A stretch of 64,000 bases of DNA from assembly GCA_020721905.1 (NCBI GenBank), contig DYLU01000002.1, positions 11,314-75,313 of the forward strand. Direction: 5' to 3'. The position numbers and the translations under genes were made by a program. Every line of letters begins with the position of its first letter. The stretch's first letter is position 1. The notes under the pieces were generated by a model. The model was not told the DNA's origin. It ran no database searches and worked only from the letters and a program-made list of their open reading frames with translations. Origin of the DNA: Leptospira biflexa (lineage in GTDB: Bacteria; Spirochaetota; UBA4802; UB4802). Below, in pieces: positions 38,347 to 47,254 of this stretch.

Positions 38347-38805
38347 TTACTTGGCATTACGAAGTATTTCAATAATATCTTTAGTGTTCTTGACCTGAAT
38401 CATTTCATTGCGTATTGTATCGTTTTTAAGAATCGACATTATTTTAGACAATAGTTTTAAATATTCTTTATGTTGACGTTCACCCGCAGCAACCAGTACC
38501 ACCAGATGTACCGGCATTCCGTCAATGGAATTAAAATCAATGCCGTTTTTAGAAATACCTATAGCAAATGAAATTTTATGTATTGATTCCAGTTTAGCAT
38601 GCGGAACAGCAATCCCAAAACCAATACCTGTTGTCATGATTTCTTCACGTTCCTTCAATGCAGTGATGAATGCTTTAATATCGGAACATACATCGGTGCC
38701 TTTGAATACATCCGCAAGCTCTTCTATAGCCTTATATTTGTTCTTTGATTTTAAAAACTTAATAAATTTGGTATCAGTAAACTCCAGTAATGAACTCACA
38801 ACCAT
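38347..38805 (-). CDS. PTS EIIA type-2 domain protein (PtsN / EIIA-Ntr-like regulator), 152 aa
   Basis: Active-site region GIAVPHAK with the phosphorylatable His context of EIIA(Fru/Ntr). 11 nt upstream of the ClC gene on the same strand. Confidence 0.7.
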   Translation of the reverse strand: MVVSSLLEFTDTKFIKFLKSKNKYKAIEELADVFKGTDVCSDIKAFITALKEREEIMTTGIGFGIAVPHAKLESIHKISFAIGISKNGIDFNSIDGMPVHLVVLVAAGERQHKEYLKLLSKIMSILKNDTIRNEMIQVKNTKDIIEILRNAK

Positions 38806-39222
38806 CTCCTGATGTTATATTGTAAAGTATTCAATTCATGACATCAAAAACATACTATATTTCATATACACTTGATTATCGAATACATAACCCATCATGA
38901 TAATCAATTTTCAATACTATCCGGCACAATATGCTTTTGTTTTTACTGACTTTTAGATATATTTTTAAAATATTTCATGTCAATGATTTAATTGGAAAAC
39001 TCAATTAATTTCTTAACTTAAATTTGTAAACAAAATAATAAAACTTGTACACTACTACCTCATGCAGTTGAGGCTTACAAACACATATCAGCAAAAATTA
39101 TTAATAATAAAGAGCAATTTTAGAAAAATTTTTTATTGACTTTAAAAAAATATTTATATGTTAAAATCTTAATGAACAATCAATAACAAATCCATATACA
39201 ATATTACATAGAGGGGGTTATT

Positions 39223-41037
39223 ATGGGTTACACACATCTATCTCAGGTGTTCTGGGATCAGGTTAAAAAGTATGGTGATAATAAGGTAGCTCTTCGATAC
39301 AAGCCAAAAGATGAGTGGATCGAGTATACCTGGAAGCAATTTGGTGATATGGTACATAATACCAGCAAAGCATTAATTGAATGCGGTATTGGCGAACAGG
39401 AAACAGTGGGAATATTTTCACAAAATATGCCCCAATGGTCAATAGCAGACATTGGTTCATTATGTATACGGGCAATCCCTGTCCCTATTTATGCAACCAA
39501 CACTGCAAAACAGGCCGAATACATCATCAACCATGCAGAAATAAAAGTGATATTTGTTGGAGATGCCGAACAATACTCCAAAGTCATGCAGATACTCCCT
39601 GAAAATACATTTTTGCAGAAGGTTATTGTATTCAAAGAGACTGTCCCAATACAAAAATCAGATAAAATAATGTATTTAAGCGATTTTTTGAAAATTGGGC
39701 AGCAGTCAACTAAAGATAATGAAGTCAAAGAAAGGATGAGCAGAGGGAAATTAGATGATCTTTTAACTTTAATTTATACATCTGGCACCACTGGTGAACC
39801 CAAGGGTGTAATGCTAACTCACTCAAATGCCCTTTTTCAAAGAGAACAGCATGATTTACGACTGATTGATCCAAATGAAAATGATATATCACTGGCATTT
39901 TTGCCATTAAGCCATGTATTTGAACGCATATGGACATACTATGTGTTTGCAAAAGGTATGACCAATAATTACCTGGAGGACCCGGCAAAGATTGTTGAAT
40001 TTATTCAGGAAGTCAAACCTACCATCATGTGTGCTGTTCCACGCTTCTATGAAAAGATTTATGCAACAGTATTTAACAGATTAGAAAGCGCTCCTCCTGC
40101 AAAGCAAAAACTTTTCAAATGGGCAGTTAAAGTAGGTTCTCAGCATAATAACAAAAAGAAAGATCAGCTTTTTATATCACCAATGTTGCGCCTGAAATAT
40201 AAAATAGCTGACGAACTTGTACTCAAAAAAATACGGGATGTTGTGGGCGGAAGAATAAAATTCTTCCCCTGTGCGGGAGCTCCCCTTTCACAGGAAATTG
40301 AGGAATTCTTCTATGCCTGTGGCATATTTATTTGTTATGGTTATGGATTAACGGAGACCACAGCAACCGTTACCTGCCATGAACAGTATAATTTTAAATT
40401 TGGTGCAGTAGGCAAACCGCTTCCCAATGTCGAGGTCAGGATTGATCCCAACAATGGCGAGATTTTAGTCCGTGGTGGCAATGTAATGAAAGGCTATTAC
40501 AAAAAGCCAGAGGCAACTGCTGAAGTGCTTTCATCTGATGGATGGTTCAGAACCGGTGATGCCGGATTCTTTGAAGAAAATGGTGAACTCAGAATTACTG
40601 AGCGAATCAAAGACCTCATGAAAACATCAGGCGGGAAATACATCGCTCCTCAGATGATAGAAAGTACCATTGGCGCCGACCACTATATTGAACAGATTGC
40701 TGTTATTGGTGATCAGCGTAAATATGTTACTGCACTGGTGGTACCTTCATTCCTGGCTCTGGAAGAATATGCAAAAGCCCATAATATATCATATACAAGT
40801 AAAGAAGACCTTATCTCAAAACCCGAGATTATTGAATTTTACCGGCAGCGTATAGAGGAAATGCAGAAGGAATTTGCACGCTTTGAAAAGATAAAAAAAT
40901 TTACCCTTCTCCCTCAGGAATTTACCGTTGAATCAGGTGAGATAACTCCAACATTAAAACTTAAACGCAAAGTTATTGCAGAAAAGTATAATGATATCAT
41001 TGATGAAATGTATAAGGATGATAAGGGTGAAAAATAA
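39223..41037 (+). CDS. long-chain-fatty-acid--CoA ligase (AMP-forming, 604 aa)
   Basis: Motifs YTSGTTGEPKGVMLTH, GYGLTETT and TGDAGFFEENGELRITERIKDLMKTSGGKYIAPQ. Sigma-70-like promoter TTGACT-17-TGtTAAAAT at about 39137-39170. Confidence 0.85.
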   Translation: MGYTHLSQVFWDQVKKYGDNKVALRYKPKDEWIEYTWKQFGDMVHNTSKALIECGIGEQETVGIFSQNMPQWSIADIGSLCIRAIPVPIYATNTAKQAEYIINHAEIKVIFVGDAEQYSKVMQILPENTFLQKVIVFKETVPIQKSDKIMYLSDFLKIGQQSTKDNEVKERMSRGKLDDLLTLIYTSGTTGEPKGVMLTHSNALFQREQHDLRLIDPNENDISLAFLPLSHVFERIWTYYVFAKGMTNNYLEDPAKIVEFIQEVKPTIMCAVPRFYEKIYATVFNRLESAPPAKQKLFKWAVKVGSQHNNKKKDQLFISPMLRLKYKIADELVLKKIRDVVGGRIKFFPCAGAPLSQEIEEFFYACGIFICYGYGLTETTATVTCHEQYNFKFGAVGKPLPNVEVRIDPNNGEILVRGGNVMKGYYKKPEATAEVLSSDGWFRTGDAGFFEENGELRITERIKDLMKTSGGKYIAPQMIESTIGADHYIEQIAVIGDQRKYVTALVVPSFLALEEYAKAHNISYTSKEDLISKPEIIEFYRQRIEEMQKEFARFEKIKKFTLLPQEFTVESGEITPTLKLKRKVIAEKYNDIIDEMYKDDKGEK

Positions 41038-41071
41038 AAAAAACGGCGCTTTAAAAAGCGCCGTTTTTTTT
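41033..41071. terminator. bidirectional rho-independent terminator (A-run / ACGGCGCTTT-aa-AAAGCGCCGT / T8)
   Basis: Sequence aaaaaaaacggcgctttaaaaagcgccgtttttttt read directly between the convergent ligase and fadH-like genes. Confidence 0.85.
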
Positions 41072-41081
41072 ATATCTTATG

Positions 41082-43100
41082 TTACACCTTTACCGCTTGT
41101 TGCAGATTAGCTATGGCTAAAAATGCTTCATGAATAGCATCATTTATTTTTCCTATCTTTTTACAATCGCCAATGACCGTATGCGAAATACCAGCTTTGT
41201 GCAATTCATTCCCCAGTGGATTAACTGATCTAGAGCCCACTGCAATAACCACATTATCAAATTCATGTGTTACAAAATCGTTATCCTTTGAAAAAACTAC
41301 TGCTTTATCAGTAATCTCAGTGACCCTTGCAGAAGTAATCACATTAACTCCAAATTTTTCCAATTCCAATTTCATTATCCATTTTGTTGATCTGCCAACA
41401 TCCTTCCCAATAGCAGGAAGCATCTCAATTATGGTAACATTACTTGTGCCTTGTGTCATAAATCCCTTCAATCGTTCTACAGGTTCTGCATCAAACAACA
41501 TCAAAAAATGCAGTGCTTCAGGAGACAATGTACCCTTATTTGCAATAAACAGTGCTGTTTCTATACCTACAGCACCTCCGCCTATCACCGCAACATTACG
41601 TCCTAATTTTGGATTATCACGCAAAATGTCCCAGGCTGAATATACATGATGCTGATGTATGCCCTTAATTGGTGGCATTATTGGCTCTGCACCTGTTGCC
41701 ACTATAACATGGTCAGGCTTGCTATTGCGTATTAAATCCATTGTTACCGTTGTATTTAGATGCACGGGGATATCATATTCCTCAATCATTGCTTTATAAT
41801 AACGGATAATTTCAAGAAGCTCATGTTTATGTGGAGGTGCAGCTGCGATTTCAAGCTGACCGCCAATTTCATGTTCTTTTTCATAAATTTCTACTTCATA
41901 CCCTGCCTCTTTTGCCCGTACTGCTGCTTCAAGCCCGGCAGGTCCAGCACCCACAACCATAATCTTCAATGGATGTGAAGTTTTTGCAATAGAACGTTCA
42001 AACTCATACCCTGCACGCGCGTTCAAAATACATCCTACCGGCATGCCACTGAACAATGTATCAGTACAACCCTGATTACAACCCACGCAAGGCCGTATCA
42101 ATTTTACTTTGCCCTGCATAGCTTTCCTGGGCCAGTATGGATCAGCAATCAGTACTCTTCCCAGGTTTACCATGTCTGCCATGCTGTCGCGCAGTATTTT
42201 TTCAGCTTCATCAGGTGAGCTTATTCTGTTGGACGCCATAACCGGCACGCTCACTGCTTTTTTAATAGTAGCAGCTAAATATGCATATCCTGCCCGTGGT
42301 AATTCCATAGGAAGCTGAGGAACCTTGGCTTCATGCCATCCACCAGTAACATTAATGATATCCACACCTGCTTCTTCATATACCCTGGCAAACAAAGGTG
42401 TTTCTTTGCTTGTGTTGCTTCCCGGAACAAAATCATTGCCCGCCATCCGTATGCTGATTGGAAAATCCTTCCCCACTGCCTGGCGCACCTTTTCAATCAC
42501 CTCTCTGGGGAAGCGTGTCCTGTTTTCAAATGATCCGCCGTATTTGTCTGTTCGTTTATTTGTTATGGGCGATAGAAACTGTGTAATGAGATATCCTGCC
42601 GATGCAATAATCTCAACGCCATCAAAGCCAGCTTCCTTTACACGCAGCGCAGCATCAACGAAAGCTTTCTGGACCATCTCAATATCTTCTAACGACATTT
42701 CCCTGGGTGTCTGTTTTGAGTAATTTGAATACACCGCTGAAGGGGCAATAGGCTGTACACCATCTGTCATCATTGAATAAGAATAAGCCCCTGCATGGAA
42801 CAATTGTACAAATGTTCGGGCACCTTCATTTTTTATTATCTGTGCTAATTTTGCAAAATCAGGAATCCTGTCATCTGATGCCAGCGATAAGGCAATCCTG
42901 CCTGAACCTACAATATCTATCCCTACCGGCCCCACAGTAACAAGGCCAGCGCCACCTTTTGCTTTTTCTTTGAAATATTCATAGTACCTATCATTCAAAG
43001 TACCATCGTATGAATACAATAATCCTAAAGAAGGATAAGCAATCCTGTTTTTGATTTCCAATGTATTGATGGTTATTGGTGTGAAAAGTAGTTGATACAT
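41082..43100 (-). CDS. fadH: 2,4-dienoyl-CoA reductase-like NADH:flavin oxidoreductase (OYE TIM-barrel plus FAD/NAD(P) domain, 672 aa)
   Basis: OYE-like N-terminus. 4Fe-4S Cys motif RPCVGCNQGC. Rossmann GxGxxG motifs (VVGAGPAGLEAA). Same length and architecture as E. coli FadH. Confidence 0.8.
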   Translation of the reverse strand: MYQLLFTPITINTLEIKNRIAYPSLGLLYSYDGTLNDRYYEYFKEKAKGGAGLVTVGPVGIDIVGSGRIALSLASDDRIPDFAKLAQIIKNEGARTFVQLFHAGAYSYSMMTDGVQPIAPSAVYSNYSKQTPREMSLEDIEMVQKAFVDAALRVKEAGFDGVEIIASAGYLITQFLSPITNKRTDKYGGSFENRTRFPREVIEKVRQAVGKDFPISIRMAGNDFVPGSNTSKETPLFARVYEEAGVDIINVTGGWHEAKVPQLPMELPRAGYAYLAATIKKAVSVPVMASNRISSPDEAEKILRDSMADMVNLGRVLIADPYWPRKAMQGKVKLIRPCVGCNQGCTDTLFSGMPVGCILNARAGYEFERSIAKTSHPLKIMVVGAGPAGLEAAVRAKEAGYEVEIYEKEHEIGGQLEIAAAPPHKHELLEIIRYYKAMIEEYDIPVHLNTTVTMDLIRNSKPDHVIVATGAEPIMPPIKGIHQHHVYSAWDILRDNPKLGRNVAVIGGGAVGIETALFIANKGTLSPEALHFLMLFDAEPVERLKGFMTQGTSNVTIIEMLPAIGKDVGRSTKWIMKLELEKFGVNVITSARVTEITDKAVVFSKDNDFVTHEFDNVVIAVGSRSVNPLGNELHKAGISHTVIGDCKKIGKINDAIHEAFLAIANLQQAVKV

Positions 43101-43111
43101 AGGGCCTCCTT

Positions 43112-43130
43112 AACATAACACTGTTATGTT
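43112..43130. promoter_or_regulatory. 19-bp palindrome AACATAACA-c-TGTTATGTT immediately 5' of the fadH-like SD
   Basis: Read directly. 9-bp perfect arms with 1-nt spacer. It begins directly adjacent to ggcctcc (SD on the minus strand, 43105-43111). Confidence 0.45.
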
Positions 43131-43328
43131 TAAATTTTATCACATCATCACTATATATTACAACTTTTTTTGCAGAATTAATAATAAAAAATTTTTACTA
43201 TCATTTACCAACATATCTGCCATTATGTGCTACTATATATTTTAATAGATTTTTATAATCATATATGTAAATTTTAATTTTTATTTTTGTAAATCAGTAT
43301 ACTATACGTCAATATTGGAATTCATAAA

Positions 43329-44189
43329 ATGATTACACCTCATACAAAAGGCATTCTGTATGTACTTCTTTCCGCAGTTACTTTTTCTTTATCAACGGTG
43401 TTTGCAAAATACATTACCAGTACATCCCCCATTCATGGTATTGAGGTATCTTTTGTAAGATTCCTCATTGGGTTCATTATCTCTTCAGGTTATATTGTAA
43501 TCCACAAAATGAGCATTTGCCCTAATAATGTACCTCTGGTGCTTACCCGTGCTGTATCAAACACCGTGGCTGTAATACTTTTTTTTGTCGGAGTTCAATA
43601 TACAACAGTTACCAATGCTAATATGCTCAATATGACATATCCTGTTTTTGTATTTGTGCTTGCTCCTTTATTTAATAAGGAACGCATTATAAAAATTAAT
43701 ATTTTGTATCTCATGATAACTCTGGCCGGCACCTATCTGGTGATACTGCCTCATTACAGTACCATCAATATTGGTGATGTATATTCATTTCTTTCGGCAA
43801 TCATTTCTGCTATTGCTGTGGTAGCTCTGCGTGAATCACGAAAATATGATAGCACATCAATAATTTTATTTCATCTTATGACTATTGGGCTTGTTATAAA
43901 TGGCATTGCCATGATCCCGGTATTTACAATTCCTGATAGTGTCACATTTGTTTATATGCTTTTTTCAGGTTTAAGTGCATATTTAGGACAGGCTTTTTTT
44001 ACTGCTGGATTTAAATTCATTGATGCAACAAGTGGTTCAATACTATCTTCAAGCAGGATATTTATTGCAGCAAGCATGGGAATATATTTTTTCAATGACT
44101 CATTTGCCACTAACATCATTATTGGCGGGTTATTAATCACGGTGGCTCTGATAGGTGTAAGTCTGGAGGAACACAAAGATATACATTAA
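43329..44189 (+). CDS. EamA/DMT-family transporter (10 TM, 286 aa)
   Basis: Two EamA-like halves. Hydrophobic profile. Typical length. Confidence 0.75.
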   Translation: MITPHTKGILYVLLSAVTFSLSTVFAKYITSTSPIHGIEVSFVRFLIGFIISSGYIVIHKMSICPNNVPLVLTRAVSNTVAVILFFVGVQYTTVTNANMLNMTYPVFVFVLAPLFNKERIIKINILYLMITLAGTYLVILPHYSTINIGDVYSFLSAIISAIAVVALRESRKYDSTSIILFHLMTIGLVINGIAMIPVFTIPDSVTFVYMLFSGLSAYLGQAFFTAGFKFIDATSGSILSSSRIFIAASMGIYFFNDSFATNIIIGGLLITVALIGVSLEEHKDIH

Positions 44190-45136
44190 TCTTCTATAAA
44201 TCCCCGCATCACCATATCCACACTACCTGCCAGCGCTTCCAGGTCATAGCCACCCTCAAGGAACGCTATCATCCTGCCACCACTGAACTCATTTGCAACC
44301 TGTTTTAACAGGACTGTAAATTTATAGTATGATTCTGAAGCAAGCCCTATGTACGATAAGGGATCGGCATTGTGGGCATCAAAACCAGCCGAAATGAGGA
44401 TAATATCAGGTTCAAATTTTGTTAATGCAGGAACTATCTGATTTTTAAATACATCCAGATACTCAGGCTCACCACTACCTGCCGGCATTGGGAAATTCAG
44501 TGTGTATCCTTCACCCTCACCTTTACCCCGTTCACTGCGGGCACCGGTTCCAGGATAATGAGGATACTGATGTGTGCTGATATACAGTACAGTTTTATCA
44601 CGTTCAAAGGTATGCTGCGTTCCATTACCATGATGTACATCCCAATCAACTATCGCAACTTTCTTCAACCCATGCTCCACCTGCAAATATTTGGCTGCAA
44701 TTGCAATATTATTGAATATACAAAAACCTGCAGCATAATCATACTCAGCATGATGACCGGGCGGTCGCACTGCACAAAAGCCGCGTATTGCTTCACCTGA
44801 CATTATTGTATCACACATGTTGAGGCTGCCACCCACCGCAAATAGCGCCACCTCATATGAACGCTTACACACTGCCGTATCCATTGAATCTAAATAATGT
44901 ATGCCGGATTCTATCTCCTGCTTTACGCGTTCAATGTATTCCGGAGAATGCACAAGTTCTATATACCGTTTTGCTCCAATTTTAGGTTCAACTTTAATCA
45001 GGGATTTATAATATGTCTGCTGACGTAATCGCTGATCTATAGCTGCCAGCCGTTCAGGCCTTTCTGGATGACCCCATCCTGTATCATGATCCATATATAC
45101 AGGATCAAAAAGGTATGCAGTAGGTACCATATACAC
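44186..45136 (-). CDS. histone deacetylase-family protein (AcuC/HDAC-like deacetylase)
   Basis: HDAC motifs (VDWDVHHGNGTQ, GFCIFNNIAIAA, ISAGFDAHNADPL, YEGGY). Confidence 0.8.
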   Translation of the reverse strand: MYMVPTAYLFDPVYMDHDTGWGHPERPERLAAIDQRLRQQTYYKSLIKVEPKIGAKRYIELVHSPEYIERVKQEIESGIHYLDSMDTAVCKRSYEVALFAVGGSLNMCDTIMSGEAIRGFCAVRPPGHHAEYDYAAGFCIFNNIAIAAKYLQVEHGLKKVAIVDWDVHHGNGTQHTFERDKTVLYISTHQYPHYPGTGARSERGKGEGEGYTLNFPMPAGSGEPEYLDVFKNQIVPALTKFEPDIILISAGFDAHNADPLSYIGLASESYYKFTVLLKQVANEFSGGRMIAFLEGGYDLEALAGSVDMVMRGFIED

Positions 45137-45217
45137 CCCGCATATTCAATAATGGTTTTCCAAAACCAAATAAAATGTTTTATAAAAAGTCAAGTACTTT
45201 AAAATTGGGCAGGTAGT

Positions 45218-45853
45218 TTACAGAGGATACCTAACCCCTAACCGTATTACCAGCCCTGACATATCCAGCTCTAAATCGCCGCTTTTAAGAGGTAAACTGC
45301 GATATCCAGCTTCAGCATAAAAATCAACCTTTGAATCAGCAGCTGGTTTTAACGAAGCACCAAAAAACAATTCCCACGAAAGTCCGCTAAAAAGTTTGGT
45401 AATGGAATCTGCAGTATATGACTTGCCTGTATTTGAGTCAGTAAAATCGGGCTGTGAATAATGTAATATCATGAATGAATAGCCCAGGCCAATGGTTATA
45501 AAAGGTGTTACATACAGTTTATCCTTTAAGTTTGGCAAGCGCACCTGTGCGTTGAACATCATGGGGACAATATAAGCATTGGTATCAGCCTTAACATCAA
45601 CAAATACAGTACCTTCCTGCTTAACACCTATTTTCCTGTCCCATCGTACCCATACAAATCCCGACTCAATCCCTGTCACAAAATAAGGATCAAGGAGCCA
45701 ACTATAGCGCAACGAAAGATCAAATCCATATTTGGATGGATCACTTGCGTATGATGTTCCTAACGCGCCATTTAATTCAGTGTTTGCACTAAAACCATTT
45801 ACAGTAGTTCCTATTACTATAAGTGTAAAAAATATAATAATTATTCTTTTCAT
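45218..45853 (-). CDS. putative outer-membrane beta-barrel protein (211 aa)
   Basis: Signal peptide (MKRIIIIFFTLIVIGTTVNGFSA). Alternating amphipathic strands. C-terminal LGVRYPL. Divergent from the paralogous lipoprotein gene. Confidence 0.5.
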   Translation of the reverse strand: MKRIIIIFFTLIVIGTTVNGFSANTELNGALGTSYASDPSKYGFDLSLRYSWLLDPYFVTGIESGFVWVRWDRKIGVKQEGTVFVDVKADTNAYIVPMMFNAQVRLPNLKDKLYVTPFITIGLGYSFMILHYSQPDFTDSNTGKSYTADSITKLFSGLSWELFFGASLKPAADSKVDFYAEAGYRSLPLKSGDLELDMSGLVIRLGVRYPL

Positions 45854-46075
45854 AAAAAACCTCTCTTGCCAATGTTTTTATATATTGTATATATTGTATG
45901 GCCCTGTGTCAACATCAATATGTGTTGCTCCACTTCAAACTTGAACTTGCAATTTTTATTTATTATCAATACATAAAAATTGTTGATTATTTACTTGATT
46001 TAAATAAAGCTTGTTACATCATCTATTCAATAACCAAAAATGTCGTAATATATTATTTATTCAAGGAATATCATT

Positions 46076-46699
46076 ATGAAAAATTTAACACTGCTTTCAA
46101 TATTTCTTTTTATGCTTTCATGTACATCCGTAGACAAATCAGTGTACATAAAAGATAAACAGGCATTGCAAAAGCCAATACGCATTGCAGTTTTAACCTT
46201 TGTTGACGCACCCAAATACCCTGGATCGGGAATAAGTATTGCTGATGCATTGACCAATGAACTGGTTCAGATATCAAATTGGGATCTGGTGGAACGTTCA
46301 CAGATAGAGAAGATTTTAAAAGAAAAATCATTTGATATGACTGGATTAACCGATTCTCAGATTACCGATATTGGCAAATTAGCAAAAACTGACTATATCA
46401 TAGTGGGTAGTGTTTCAGATTATTATTATGACAGGCAATTTTATATTGTACCAAAAACAAAGATAGCATTCAATGCCCGCATTATCAATACACAAACAGG
46501 CAGCATTGTAGGCACTTTACGCTATAACCGTGAAACCAATAAGAATGCATGGTGCGGATGCTGTCTTTTAGGATGGTATTATCTGCCAGTGCTGTTGTTG
46601 ACTGATCAGAATATTAATACGGATGTAAGCAAAGCTGCTCGTGATGTGGTAAGAACTATCAATAAGGATGTGAGTGGCAAAAGGAGCTGTTGCATATAA
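46076..46699 (+). CDS. CsgG/TolB-N-like periplasmic lipoprotein paralog (207 aa) with C-terminal WCGCC motif
   Basis: Lipobox MLSC. Core IRIAVLTFVDAPKYPGSGISIADALTNELVQISNWDLVERSQIEKILKEKSFDMTGLTDSQITDIGKLAKTDYIIVG parallels the 15313..15933 protein. C-terminal AWCGCCLLGWYYLPVLLL ... KRSCCI. Confidence 0.6.
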   Translation: MKNLTLLSIFLFMLSCTSVDKSVYIKDKQALQKPIRIAVLTFVDAPKYPGSGISIADALTNELVQISNWDLVERSQIEKILKEKSFDMTGLTDSQITDIGKLAKTDYIIVGSVSDYYYDRQFYIVPKTKIAFNARIINTQTGSIVGTLRYNRETNKNAWCGCCLLGWYYLPVLLLTDQNINTDVSKAARDVVRTINKDVSGKRSCCI

Positions 46700-46710
46700 A
46701 TCAAATCCTT

Positions 46711-46881
46711 TTACTGATAGCTATCTATCATAGTTCCCAGGCCTTCAACACTGACATGTGAAATTACATTTGCTTCTACCAGTTTCTCGCTTAATCCGGT
46801 ACGTACTGCTGCCAGTCCCTTAAGCAAATTGTTGAGCTGTTCTATACTCTGCTCTATTGCTGTTAGGTGTTGTGCCATCAT
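46711..46881 (-). CDS. small hypothetical helical protein (56 aa)
   Basis: ATG at 46881 preceded by a strong SD aaggaggg. Sequence MMAQHLTAIEQSIEQLNNLLKGLAAVRTGLSEKLVEANV... The track start at 46902 is a TTG. Confidence 0.4.
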   Translation of the reverse strand: MMAQHLTAIEQSIEQLNNLLKGLAAVRTGLSEKLVEANVISHVSVEGLGTMIDSYQ

Positions 46882-47254
46882 GACACCCTCCTTTGTGTCC
46901 AACAGTAATTTCTATTTGCAATATCGACTAAACCTGCTATATTCTTAATATAATATTTTTGAAGAAATTTTTTGTATTTTTTAAATTATCTTCCCATCCT
47001 ATTCATTACCATAATGCCATAGTAAAACACAATACATTGACCATTTGTTGTCAATTGCTGAAAAGTAAACACAAACTGGCAAAATTTTTGCAACTTAACA
47101 CTCAATCCTTTCCCTTATATAGGGAAAGTCAAAAGGATCTATCCTTTTATTAAGGAAATGTTTGATGCGTTATCTAAAAACAGTTGCTATATTCCATAAT
47201 AAGGGGATAAGGGTTACATGAATACATTCCATTTTTTGAAGGAGACCATGCATT

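Noticed and set aside
46959-47153. 64-aa plus-strand ORF in the dsbD leader
   Set aside because: No SD. Translation is low-complexity. The region is better interpreted as a non-coding leader.
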